From the NCBI RefSeq assembly GCF_000150275.1, contig NW_002060944.1, forward strand, positions 3,510,152 through 3,574,151: DNA of 64,000 nucleotides, written 5' to 3'. The notes under the pieces were generated by a model. That model did not search any database and was not told where the DNA came from. It was given only the letters and a program-made list of their open reading frames with translations. A program made the translations under genes and the position numbers. Below are positions 50,522 to 63,931 of the stretch, one piece after another. Source of the stretch: Trichoplax adhaerens (Eukaryota > Animalia > Placozoa). Numbering within the stretch: the first letter of the stretch is position 1; each line of letters begins with the position of its first letter.

Positions 50522-53004
50522 TGAGTATCATGAAAGATGATGAGATAACTACGATTATCTTTATCTTTGTATGTATAAATGTATGCTTGCAAGGTTAAGT
50601 TGCGTTTTTAGTATTGGTGGTAAATATCTTACCGCTTCCAGTCCTTTATTGTTATGCTATCGAAACTGCTACTCTGGTAATTTATTCACTGTCGAATGAT
50701 TTTTCGAATCTCTAATTCTGTTTATCGAGTAGCAAGTGTGATGACTGGATATTCCCAAGTGTAGCCTGTACTAGTGATAATCTGAATTTAATATGATAAA
50801 CATGCAGTACTGCTATTTGACAATTAATCTGGTCAAAAAAATATTTTTTAAAATCATTCGTACAGTACCACTTAATTGTCAGTAACTTAAGCAAATTCTG
50901 TTTAGGGAACGTTTCTTTATAGACTTTATTAAAGTCATTGTATGTACACGAATCATTTATGTCTGTTATTAGCGGATCGACTTTAATATGGTTGTTTTAG
51001 ATGAGTAAAATGCCAAGGAATGTGAGCTTGCACAAGCTCTTATTAGCTCAGTAAGGTTGCAGCTGAGAAAATTGTACTACGCAGAAATACTGCAGGGGTT
51101 TTACAATTTAGATTTTATGAAAATTTATAGCCTTGTAGTATAAAGACATCCTATTGACATGCAAAACATGCACCACATGCTGGCTTGAGAGTGGAAATAA
51201 AATAGATCAAAAATGTGACTTATTTTTTAAATCTTTATTCTAATAATTCCTACGTGCACTTATGTAATAGGTAACTTGTTCATAATTTATACTTATGTAA
51301 TGATGGCAGTTAAGAGAGTTTCATAAATATGTAGAGTGAAGCGTGATATCGCAGTAATTTCATTTCTTTTATCGTTTGCACGATTTGAGGACAGAGTAAC
51401 GAGGTCGTCGAATAGTTTAGCTCGGTATATGCATCTACTAGTAGGCAGGAATTAAATTAATGAGAATACTTCGATAAGTCCCTTCTTTCTTAATGCAATA
51501 TAATTTTTATTTCACTTTGAATGGATTACCATTGCCACATCATTTCCGTACAGCAATCAATGATTAGCAAATACACAGATTTGAAAATTACTGTATAAGC
51601 TGAATACTTTAAGGCTATTACGTTTCATCAATGATTGATTTCATCTATAGTTTTATGCTGCCCAATGCATTACAGTGCACATTATTTGCATCCTAGGTTG
51701 TAGTGATACAGAGTATAATACCGTATATTTATATTTACAAGTTACCGTTGCTAGCTAAAGACTTTGTAGTCTTATTTCATTCTTAGATTGATTTACAACA
51801 AGGCCTAATTTAGATATTTAAATTACAATGTCATTCTCACTGCCAAATCTATAGGAAAATGTAGACTCATCTAAAGGAACAGATTTTACACTTGCGAGTA
51901 ATTGTACTCGGGGTTAAACAGTACAACAATCTGACAATAGCGATTATTGTAAGTTTTCTATCAATCGCCTGAGGTCAATATTTTTCAGCTATCGTTATAA
52001 TTACATTGACATGTAACTACATCGAACATCTATTGAGCGCCACCAAAACTTAGTTCTTGATTGACTACCATCTACTATTTACCCACGATGTCAAATAAAT
52101 ATATCTATTATAATTAGAATGTAATAATTAACATGGCATCAAATGAACTTGTTGAATACCAGTCAAGTTAACACCCAATATGTAGCATTGTAATTATGCT
52201 AATTCGATCGATTAAAATAATAATGTTGCCATGGATTGCCAAGCATGGAATAAAGAATACAGGACAATTGTTACCACGTTACAATATCAGTAAATCATTT
52301 GGCTGTTGTTATGGTGCTTCGGAATGTGATAAAAGTAATACTACGTCAGAGTAAATTATTCAATAACCAAATCATGCATGTCTTCCTGTATGTACGTACA
52401 TGAGAATTAAGAAAGGTCCGGTTTTAAAATTAGTATTGAATATCGATTAATATAAATGTATAGACTATTATCTAACCCCATAATAGATAAACTGTTCGTT
52501 AAGAATGATAGTGCATGCTGCAACAGTGCAGAATTAGTCGTCGACACCAAGATATAGAAGGTCCTAATTATCCTGATTACGCTATATTCATACTAGTAGT
52601 AGTTATTGTTAAAACCGCAGAGTTTGCTTGTGTACCTACATTAGTTAAAGTTATACCTTTAAGCAACTAACTTGCGGCAAGTTGGACCATCAAAATTGCT
52701 CATTTTTAATTGGAGATATCTGATCTCTGTTGATATTTGACACTCTGCAATATTACTATTTTCACGCCAACCACGAATTTTCATTAGCCAAATTTTATTA
52801 GTAACGTTATCTTATCCTGAAAAAAATTTTCAAAGTCTCCTTGGTCGAAAAATTTTACTGTAGTCGCTCAAGACGAGTTAATCCCATCGATATTGACAGA
52901 TATAAACTGCCCAGAGTGATGATTAATCTTTTTTACTGAAAATTAATATAGAGGATTGTGACAGTGTTGGAAAATATAAACTCATTTTCTATCAAATTAT
53001 TGCT

Positions 53005-55148
53005 ATGGGGTGCGGATCGTCAACTGCCGCAAAAATATCAGAAATTAAAGATAATCATCTAGGAAACCAAGAGAATGGTAAGTAAAATAGGCGACATGAA
53101 GTAAAAGTCATAACTAGATAGTTAACGACGTCAGAAATCGATGGCAAGTTATTAGCAGCTACCTTTAAAATAAAGTAGTTTAGGACATGACGACGTTTAG
53201 TCAATTTATACAGTAATAGCACAAGTGTTTATACGCTATTGTACTCTATAGAAGTTTCAAGAAAGTTTCGAAAATAAAGTAGGAAATATTATATCTACCA
53301 TATTACGGAAGAGGCACGATCAAGCGCGAGAAGCTTTAGTGCATTCAAGAATTACGGAATGGCATCATTAATCAGTGTTAGAAATCAATTATACCCACTG
53401 GACTTACTTCATCATCGTTATATGCTTATTTTCATATTAATGAGAATATTAAATTTTAATTACCGGTGCTTTATTACTTACTGTACTGTGCTTATTGTCC
53501 TTTATGATAGAATAGATGAAAAAATTTCCTTTTTCTTACCATTTTATATCTATTCTAATTTAGGTAAAATACCACTTGATGATTCTGGCGGGATAGATGA
53601 TAGAGGTTCACGAATAAGTGAAAACGTCAATGGTGACAGTGTGTCTATCAGAACGAATATAACTAATAAATCACGGAATAATAGCTTACTGCCTAATGTA
53701 GTGGTTGTAGATGATGGCAATTCTCGAGTAGATGCGAGGAAAAGAAGACGTAGGGCGCTTAAAGAAAGACAGAGAAGAGCATCTAAGACAGCACAGATGA
53801 TTAGCAGTGCCAAGTTGGAACAAAGAATGTCTGTGACTGGTTCTAGGAGTTCCTCGAAGTTATCGTCGACAGCAACATCACCAGATATGAGACTGTCGAT
53901 TAAAGAAGATATAGAAAATAGTCAAGAAACGAAGGAAGAGAATATCGATGGTTAGTTTTGACTAGAATAATAAAATAGAGAATCGTTGGGAAAAAGTGTT
54001 GTCTAAGCTGATAACGATAGATAGTTATTCGGCAATATGAATTTCTTTAGATATTTTCATAGAATAATATCTTTAACGCTGTAGTGGTTTGATAAACGAT
54101 TTTATTGATATTGCTATATCGTGAGGTTTAATGTATCGTGAATGCTAAAAAAACTTTAGGCGATGACGTACAGGAGCAATCTGGGTTAAAACAAGAAGAA
54201 AACGGAAGTAATCAGTCGTCAGAGGGTATTAAATTTAAAGTTGATGATAATGAAGAGAAGGTAAAAGCTAACGAAAACGACGTTAATAATTCCAATGAGA
54301 ATGATCAGTCGGTGGAAAATATGAATGGTGATGATAATAACGAGAGCTCGAAGATTAATGAAAACGAGCTTGATCATTCTAATGGTCAATCATCAGAGAA
54401 TATAAAAGAGAGTAAAGGCGACGAAAATGAAGAAAAGTTAAATACTGATGAAAATAAAGTCAGCAATGCTGATGAAAATGGACAGTCATCGGAAAATACT
54501 AATATTAACGAAAGCGAAGAGAATGTAAAAACAAATGAAAATGAAGGAAATAATTCCGACGAAAAAATTGATCCAGCTTATAAGGAAACTACTAGTCCTG
54601 ACAACGCTAAAATAGAAGATAAAATAAATCAGGATGAAACTGACGGCACAAATAATAATAATAAGGAATCTGCCGATACTACTAGCAAGGGCGATAATGA
54701 TAATAATCAACAAGATCCAACTGAAAAAAGTAAAGAGATGCCTGCTCAAGGAAGTAATCAACAGGAAAATAAAGAGGATAGTCATGGTAATTTAAGGCCA
54801 GCAGAAGAATCTCACAATGGCGATAGTACTAAAGAAGGGCAGAATGTAGAAACAAATACAGAAAAAATTAACCCTGAAGTGAATAAGTCATCGACAGAAA
54901 ATGGAACGGAAAGCTCTGGGGAACCCACGAGTGATAGTAAAAATTTAAGTACACAAGACAAAAATACGGAAAATCAGGATGCAAATACTAAAACTGGAAA
55001 AGTTCAAAATGATGTTACCCAGGGTACAACTGAAGAAAAAGAAAATACGAATTCTGTTAAAGGAAACACAGACAAGCTGGGAAAGAAAAAAGAGTCTAAG
55101 AAATTGAAAAATATCAATAAGGAAGGTGCAAACATCCAAGGTAGTTAA
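53005..55148 (+). CDS. Uncharacterised acidic, Asn/Glu-rich disordered protein with N-terminal MGCGSS acylation motif (3 exons)
   Basis: Exons 53005-53077, 53564-53950 and 54160-55148 join in phase 1: MGCGSSTAAKISEIKDNHLGNQENG|KIPLDDSGG...ENIDG|DDVQEQSG...GANIQGS*. A possible donor at 55141 could extend the gene. Confidence 0.75.
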
Positions 55149-56314
55149 CACAGCAATAGCCTTGTCAAGAAAAGATACTAAAGTGCCTTAATGTCTTATT
55201 GGGACATTCAACGTGCTCATATAAAATTGATGAAGATAACTATAGGCATGGCCTAATATGTACTGGTGCTTGTTGAAACGCTATTTCTTATAAAGAAAAT
55301 TTAGAAACCAAATACGAAATTAAGCTTATTGCTGCCACAAAACTGCTGTACGATGGAGAAATATTATCACTCTGATAATTTCATTTTTTTATGTCCTGAT
55401 CCCAACTTGAAAGGCTTCTACTTTCGGATTACTTTCGGGTTATTCAGTTTGTAAACTGAATGATTTGGGTGTCAGTTTAAAATTATTCTTTAAACTTTAA
55501 AATTTGAAAAACTTTATGACTGAGTAACATTAAGCCTACAGCTGGGCCACTACAAAGTTTTATGTTAATCAATGCTTTGGTATATTTCCCTTGCCATGTA
55601 ACGATTAAATAGAACCATATGCGTTGAATAATAATTTTAACGCGAGTACTGTAGTTATGGCATTGAAGAAAGGTATAGAATTTTGAGGCTAAATTTATGT
55701 TGGATGGACCGCTCTCTGTAGAAAGAATATATATTGTTTTAGGCCGTCTGTTCTACCAGAATACTCTTCATTCTATGCCAATTGACTCGATTGCCTAGTG
55801 CGCTAAAATTGAAAACAAATACAACGACTATGTTGTATGCATTCATTAATTTAATTTAAACATCTGCTTTTGGGATGTAATACGCGTACACTTAAGCTAT
55901 AGAATGGCTAATGTAGACTTAATTGTGATGTATATTTTATTACGAAGAGTGATGTATTAAATGGATATTGATTTATATACTTGTACATATATCTACGTTA
56001 AATTATACATTTATGAAATATCACTGTGAATTTGATATTTAAGAATGGATAAGCCTACTTCTATGAGAACCATTTGGTTTTACTAGTCACTATCTCTTGA
56101 AATTGTCAATAATTGTTCCAGTATCTTCCATTTTACTGCATGCGTAGGTTCGGTATTGCGCGAAATTTGCTCCGCTTATTTTATCTGACTATGCGGTAAA
56201 GGCGTAAAATCAATGGTATCATTTAGGAGATATTTTGATTTGTAAGTGTAGACTTTTTAACGGATTGATATCCCTTGCAATAAAAGTTGTTGAAGTTAAT
56301 GAATCAATCAGCAT

Positions 56315-57230
56315 TCGATCGAGAAATATTGCCGATGAAAAGTAAAACTTTTCTGTAAAATAGCGTCAATATACGGTACCGTACATAAACGCTGCATTAC
56401 TATTTTAAGAAATTAACCAGTAATCGATAGAGAAATATTACAGATGAAAAGCAAAATTTCCAATAAAATAGCGTCAATGTATAGTAAATAAATACAGCAT
56501 TATTATTAAATAAATAAATCAGCAATCGATAGAAAAGTGTTGCCAATGGAAAGTAAAACTTTTCTATTAAATAGTGTCAATATACAGTACATGAAGAACA
56601 CTGCATTACTATTTAACGAATAAACCAGTAATCGATGGAGAAGTATTGCTAATGGAAAGTAAAACTTTTCTATTAAATAGCGCCAATATACAACTGTAGT
56701 AGGTCAAGAACGCTGCATTACTATTTAACGAATCAACCAATAATCGATAGAGAAGTATTGCCAATGGAAAGTAAAACTTTTCTATTAAATGGCGTCAATA
56801 TACAGTACATGAAGAACACTGCATTACTATTTAACGAATCAACCAGTAATCGATAGAGAATTATTGCCAACGAAAAGTAAAACTTTTCTATCAAATAGCG
56901 TCTATATACAGTACATGAAGAACACTGCATTACTATTTAACGAATCAACCAGCAATAAAAAGAGAAATATTGCTAATGAAAAGTAAAACTTTTCTATGAA
57001 GTATACAATACATGGTTGATGGACACTGCGTAATTATTGAGTGAATCAACTAGCCATCCATAGAGAAATAATACTGATGAAAAGTAAAACTTTTCTATCA
57101 AATCGCTTCGAAATACAATACGTAAACGCTGTATTATTAATTAATGAGCGAATTAATCAGCCATCGATAGAGTAATATTGTGGATACATGGATGCTATAT
57201 TATTATCTACTGAATCAATCAGCCATTTGT
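56315..57230. repeat. Tandem array, about 8-9 units of about 105 bp
   Basis: atcgatagagaa...gaaagtaaaacttttcta...aaatagcgtcaatatacagtac...ctgcattactatt recurs near 56316, 56424, 56525, 56630, 56742, 56849, 56956 and 57057. Edge copies are the most degenerate. Confidence 0.93.
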
Positions 57231-59159
57231 AGTTCATTAGAGTTCCTTGTGCTTATTGACTCAATTAATAGACTACCACAGTCAATAGGATGCAAACCAC
57301 AAGAATTTAGATGTCCATAATTCATTTTCTACTACATGCTCATACATTACCATACGATTGGCTGTATAGCATAGAGTACAATTAAACTTGTCGATCTACT
57401 TACTGTTCAGTCAAAGCGGTTAAAGGTTTATTTTCAGCTGTCATTCCTTTCTCTTTCCCCTCGAGCACGTTGTCGGCAATCATAGTTAACTGTAATTTAA
57501 ATAAAGTATAAACCAAACACAAGTAAGACGCGACCTTGTTTTATTGTAAATTATTGCGAGACTAAGAATCCCAACAGTAATAAAGAAGCCTTTTTATTAG
57601 CGCTGTATCTGTATAAACAAGAGGTAGCAGAAAAGCAGCATCAATAATTCTTGATCTAATCATTAAAAGAGTAAGATACGGATCTGACAACGCAGTAAGA
57701 GAAGAGGACATAAAGTTATACTGCACTATGGCATTGGTAGAGTTTAGCATACAAACAGATTCCATACACTTTGAAAAAAGTTAAGCATCTATCTAGATCA
57801 CTTGCTATAAAACGATTGACCTTGAATTAAATAGTTTTCAAAATCTTATGTCTAGGATGCTATTGTAAGGTGCTGTATTATCCCTTTCTGGCATCGATAT
57901 TGATATTAGCATTTTTGCATTGTAGTATCATAGATCATCGGATAATTTATCGTCAAACGGTTATAATCAATATCCACAGCTTTCATTGGCCTATTTCCGG
58001 CTCAGATTGAACAAATTGCCTGCACGCAATGCTGCTACAGAGTTTCGACCATCAAGGAAAGAGCAAGGTCAATTCTTTAAGCTTACACAAAATGCACAAC
58101 GGGTAAACGCATAAATTATTTCCATGAAATAATTTTTAAAATGCTAGAATCGATAATATTTGCCTCTCACGACTGAAAACGGAAATGAAATGGCTCTAAA
58201 TTGTATATTAATTAATTGGAGTTTGTTCATTTCCCCAGTAAAATCTTATGTCAAATTTTTAGTAAATATATCACTAATGCTATGTTAAAATATTGATTGC
58301 CAAAGGGCAGCCATGGTCAAAATATTCTAATAATTAAAAGACAGCTAGCAAGATCTAAAATTTTCCGTCAGGTTTAATATTATATCCAACTCTAGACTCG
58401 GACATGTTCATGTTATGGGATAGGCATTAACAGGCATGTAACAGTCTAGAATCAGCTCACTAAATAAGAGTTTAATTAATCCTTGAATATTACCTATAAT
58501 TATGATACAATCCTAGTGTCTTTATTCAGAAATGGAGTAGGCTTTTTCGCCAAATAAACTTAAAATAAATATCGCAGTCTTATTAGTAGACTAATAAACC
58601 ATGTTGCGGTTCTTTTTATAATGAATGATCGATGATTTAATTTTGTAAGAAGTCTCATAACGTCACTGATTTCCACTATAGTTGAATATAATACTAATAA
58701 TAATTTCACATATACATAATATCCGGCCACATGAATACATAGCGTATAAAGCAACTAAAAATAATGAGAAGGATTGATAGTAGTAAAAATAGAAAATTAC
58801 TGGTGGTAATTACAAGAAAGCTTTTATAAAATGGCCCTCACGTTTACATTTTCCTTAATAAGTAAATTTTATAAAAGACTATTTGGCAGTAAGATGATCA
58901 GTGCTCATTTAGAATGGATATTTTGAATTTTTTAACCCACCATTATAGAATACTCTCGCTCATATTTATCCCCTTTTTAAAGCTAATGTTATGGTAAAGA
59001 TAATGATAAACTTTAAGTTACTCACGCACTTGATACTTGTAGTTCTATTAACACAGTATACATATCTATTCGGGCACATACAGGAATCATGGCTGATATT
59101 GCTAGTAATGTGCCAAACTTAAACAGTTTGATAGATTTAAAATATCGGTATACATTGAT

Positions 59160-59400
59160 AATCTGATACTTTAGAGTTCTATCGATATAACTTTAGAATG
59201 TAGATATTCTAGACAAGTGCAAGCATAGTAATTAATTTATAAAGAGCAAATAGTACTTATTTTAGGCATTTAATAACATTAAAAATTTGATACTTTGGAG
59301 TTCTACCCATATAATTTTAAAATGATAGTATTGTAGACAAGTACTTGTATAGTAATAATTAATTTATAAAGACAAAATATTATTTATTTTATACATTTAA
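59160..59400. repeat. Degenerate two-copy direct repeat, about 123 bp
   Basis: tgatactttRgagttcta...tagacaagt...taattaatttataaaga occurs near 59164 and 59288. Confidence 0.7.
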
Positions 59401-61022
59401 GGATATTAATAATTAATAAATGATGAAATAAACATCTTTGATCTCAAGTTATAATCCATGATTTTAGACTTTTTATGCGTACGCTGGATTGTAATCTTAA
59501 CCCCTATGATTAATTCTTTTTATTCGATTCGATCATAATAGAAATGATACTTGAACTCAGTATTTGGTAATGCAATTTAATCGGATAGTTATTTAACTAC
59601 AGTAATGATGAGCGAATTTCTAGTGGTCAAATCAACCATATACATAGCTATCAGAATTATTGTATTTTTAGCTAAAAAATGTATTCAATTACTGAATCTA
59701 AATGAAGTCTATCATTGTTCACATATTTATAGGCCCATTCTTAAATACCAAACATTCAAATCATAGACTACTATTTTTCTGGAGTGTCATGAAGTATTCA
59801 TCAAATCAATAATAACTTGAATAGCTTGAGGACAACAACAGTTGATAATATAATCAATGGAGCAATATTGACAGAGGGAAATAAAAATATGTCAACTCAT
59901 ATTTCAAGAAGAATAGTACTAAAATTTAGAAGTAGTAGCTATTGGAAAGGAAAGTAAGTTATTAAAAATAATCACTTATTTGCGACGGTTAGACAATAAA
60001 GTATGGCATATCAAGAAATCTTCCTAGAATTTTTGAAGGGTGGAATCAGCTAATTAAAAATTGTCTATCTTCATAAATAACTCCGTACCGGTAGTTTGTT
60101 CATATATTGCTAATGGTATATCCTGTTTGCGACAAAAATTGGGGATAATAGGATTTCCTTACCGTATTTTTTTGATCTGAAAGTAATTATTAAACAATAT
60201 TTATGTCTGCTTCTACCTTAAATGCTTTTCCCAATTTTGTATGATTGCTTTTATTAGACTATTTTATTGTTTATTCGACTCCTCATCAGTCTCTCTTACT
60301 ATCCTTTAATTTTTTTTACAAGTTTAACTTCATACAATTTTATAACTACTCATGACATGTACGGTAGACTTAGAAATCAAAGGAATTCAATAGAATTCAT
60401 GGTAGCTTTGTCAATGGATAGAACAGAATGATTTTTTTCTCAGAAAGAATCTAAAATGTGTCTAAGGCTTGGTGTTCCATACAGTAGTATTTGCTCATAC
60501 TTCTACACACGCCACCCTTTCCTTAATACATGAATATATAATTTATCTTATAGCAATTTGAACTACAATTATTTTAAACTAAACCAATACATAGAAGATA
60601 ATGTGTCTATCTATAATTAGCAAAGTAAACAAAAAATCAATTTAACACCATTTATTCCCCAGTTTATATAATAATAGTTGAAGCACTGGCTGGATCATTT
60701 TAGTACCAGCAAGTTATTGAAAAGAGATCCAATTTTGAAGGTATGCTATAACGGAATTGAAACTTTAAAAATTTTCCATTAAATCATTTTCATCATGGAT
60801 GATTGAATAAATACATCGAGTTACGACATGTATTATTTCTAGATGTATTTTTTCTACGCATATGTAACGAGATTGACATAAGGAATTCATTAGATTTTTT
60901 AATTAACGAAAAATCGAATAGGCTTGAACTAAAATGATCTTCTACTCTATTAATAGGAAAGTAAAACTTTTAATTCGACAACCTTGTCCCAAGTATTATT
61001 CATAACTACAGTACTACCCGTG

Positions 61023-62015
61023 ATGGATATCAACGATACTTCTTTAATGGAAGTCGATATCCTAAATGGAAACAAGTGTTGCAACTTGAATTGCTCAGGA
61101 CATGAAATAAACGAAATAAAAAGGGTAATTTTAGCACCATGTATTTTATTTATCAATGGAACGTTTTTAACAATGTTTCTTTATAAAAAAAAACTACGAT
61201 CGGCTTCCGACGTACCATTCTACAGTATGTGTATATTATCCATCATCTTTTCCGCCTGCTTAATATTACCAATTCAACTCCTTATTAGTCATTGGCCTTG
61301 TGCCATCATTCAAGAATTAAAATTTTTTATAATGGAATTTTTCTTCTTTAATGCCGGGTTACACGTTGCCTTGATTGGGTTAGATCGTTATTTATCGGTA
61401 GCTTTTATCCTTAAATGGCCTGGTAAATTGAGAAAATCACGCCTATATGGTTGTATATTATCCATTTGGATATTATCCTGTGTCGTTTATGGATTGATCT
61501 TAATTATTTTTACTGTTAAAATTAATGATTCTCTCTCAGAAAATGGTTTAGACCAATATTTCATCATCGAAGAAAGGAGACTCTATACAGTCATTAAATC
61601 AGTTACTTTTAGTCTGGCCTGCTTAATGCCATTTATCGTTATCATGTTCTCTGTCATATTATACATTAAAATTGCAAGCACTGGTCGATATGGACGAAGA
61701 AGTACAAGATTATTTCAATTAAAGAAGAGAAGAAAGAAGAGAATTATACGAGGCGTTTATATCGTATTGTGTTATGTCTGTCTACGAATTCCTTATGCGG
61801 TATACAACTTTACTACAGAAGCTATAATACCTTACAGACCACCTAGTCCTGTTCAACAATTACTTCAAAATTTAGCCGTTGGATATTTTCTTATACATCC
61901 ATTTGTTTATAGTTATTTAACTTACAGATTAAGAAATAGAGTATTTAAATTATGGAATCGTTCTCGATCTACAAGCTTAAGTCAGTTACTATTTTCATTC
62001 CCTGATGGTGTCTAA
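61023..62015 (+). CDS. Intronless orphan class A (rhodopsin-like) GPCR, divergent
   Basis: First ATG at 61023 (MDINDTS..., N-glycosylation sequon). Seven hydrophobic segments, IGLDRY at TM3, W in TM4, basic ICL3 (KKRRKKR), TM7 HPFVY followed by a basic helix 8. Confidence 0.9.
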   Translation: MDINDTSLMEVDILNGNKCCNLNCSGHEINEIKRVILAPCILFINGTFLTMFLYKKKLRSASDVPFYSMCILSIIFSACLILPIQLLISHWPCAIIQELKFFIMEFFFFNAGLHVALIGLDRYLSVAFILKWPGKLRKSRLYGCILSIWILSCVVYGLILIIFTVKINDSLSENGLDQYFIIEERRLYTVIKSVTFSLACLMPFIVIMFSVILYIKIASTGRYGRRSTRLFQLKKRRKKRIIRGVYIVLCYVCLRIPYAVYNFTTEAIIPYRPPSPVQQLLQNLAVGYFLIHPFVYSYLTYRLRNRVFKLWNRSRSTSLSQLLFSFPDGV

Positions 62016-62237
62016 ATAGTTTTTTAATAAAAGGCTGTACGGCTAGACTACGTATTATTTCTAAGATATTGACTGCAAATCCAATAATTATTAGTAATAT
62101 TAGTAAAATTAAATCATTTTATAAGTTATCACTTATTCAAGATGATTTGAGTATGTGGATACATCTAGAACTTAAAAGTTATAAATTGTTGTTTGATTAG
62201 CTTTCATTGCAATTAAGGACATGTTGTACTAATGAAT

Positions 62238-62338
62238 TAAGAAGAGTATATGTTAAGGTAATCTAGCTGTAAATTTTCTTTCAATGTATTGTTTTATGCA
62301 GATTGTATTCCCGTTCACTTGAACGGGTAATTTAGTAG
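62238..62338 (+). mobile_element. Helitron-like 3' terminal fragment, copy 2
   Basis: Ends with hairpin CCCGTTCA-CT-TGAACGGG (62310-62327), then TAATTTA, GTAG and T. About 80% similar by eye to the reverse complement of 11184-11284. Confidence 0.55.
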
Positions 62339-62748
62339 TAGGATTAGATACATATGTATAATCGAAAATATAGTTAGTTATTTTTCGGCAATATATCTAT
62401 TAGTACTGACAATTTTAATCTATCATTATTGCTCTCTTTGATTACTCTCTAATATGATAATCTTTAGGATTCTAATCTTTATTCATGTATTTCAACAACA
62501 GCTGTCGTAATTAGAAATCTTAGCTAAGAAGTCTAACAATATTTTTACTAATAATGCTCCATGGCATAAGTTTATAAGCATAACAGCTATACTGTAGATA
62601 TGGATTTAATTTATGAAGTTATTTATAATTTGTTGTAATATATTTTATAAATAAAGTCAGTACGGTACTATACCATTATTGCTGTCGCTCTTTCTGATAA
62701 ATGCTATCTTTATTAAGATTGTAATAAAAATTCTGAATACGTGATGAT

Positions 62749-62853
62749 AAATCACTTATTGAGTGGACAGTGATTTGAACCTAAAATCACTTAATGAGTG
62801 GGCAGTGAATCAAAACCTAATTATGATGATGATTGATTGATTGATTGATTGAT
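62749..62853. repeat. Two ~35-bp hairpin-forming direct repeats followed by (TGA)n/(TGAT)n microsatellite
   Basis: aaatcacttattgagtggacagtgatttgaaccta and aaatcacttaatgagtgggcagtgaatcaaaaccta. Confidence 0.7.
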
Positions 62854-63569
62854 GGGACAGTTGTTCGTAGTCCAACATCTGCATTAGAGAAATTTGCACA
62901 TAAAAAGGATATTGGTTCTTTTAGCTTCAGCCAAACGTATATAGCACAGAAAATTGTTAGACAAAAACAGAAATTGATTACTATTTTGATACAGTTACAT
63001 GATTATCTGATTGGTCTTCAAACTTCGTAATAACTCCATACTTAAAATTTGAATATTAATAAATGTCTTTATTTCATAAATTGAAACTGATGATCAGTCA
63101 TATATAATAATTTTTGTATTATAATTGATGTAATAGAAGGAAATTGTGCTTCTGAGTACATTATTTCCAAGTACATAAATTAGCTTAAGGTTGGTGAATA
63201 AAATGTTATTATAATCATCATCAAGATTATTACATACAGGTGTACAAAGCTAATTCGAATCAATACTTGGGCTAAATCATTTTATTCACATAACTATTCA
63301 AGTAACTGTAAACGATAATCTTAACAATTTGGGTTACATCAGGAATAAAGATCATGATATAATGATATCACAATGCGGAGGTATATCTAGAGTTAAACGA
63401 CGCTGTAGAGTATTAGTATCGTTCGTCAGCAAAAGCTGTCATATATAAATCTACGAGGAATAATGTGCAGCGACATAACATAGAAATAGGTAAATTCGCA
63501 AACGGATTGCAGGACTTTGTTGCGTTCCCGGAAGTGATTTGAAATTCACGATATCTCATTTACAAAATT

Positions 63570-63931
63570 TCAGGTCTGAGCGTCAGACACTGTATTAATT
63601 ATCCGTAGCGCTATGTTTGCTACACTAATAGCAACATGATATGCGTTTATTTTCATCGCGAAAGAGTCCAAGACGATATTCTCATTACTTCGGTAATAGG
63701 AAGTGGAAACAATGTCTACCTCCGATTTTACAGGAATGGCCTCGTCGAATTTAGGAGAGTAAAATGTTGGAGATTTGATCTCGTTTCGATTTTTCATGCC
63801 ACATCGACAGCGATCTGAAATAGATCTTGAAAGTTTTATCCAGTGATGACCATGTTGAACCTCCGTTAATATTTCTTTTTCATTTTGATTTAAACTCGAA
63901 ACAATTTTAATGAGTGATAGCTGGAAACTAT
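63570..63931 (-). CDS. Possible terminal exon of an unknown gene extending beyond the window
   Basis: About 120 stop-free codons after the acceptor-like ctattttag (DSFQLSLIKIVSS...CRCGMKNRNE...DAQT*). No domain recognised. Confidence 0.3.

Noticed and set aside
52225-52238. GTTGCCATGGATTG X-box-like site upstream of the MGCGSS gene
   Set aside because: Only one good half-site, too weak to call.
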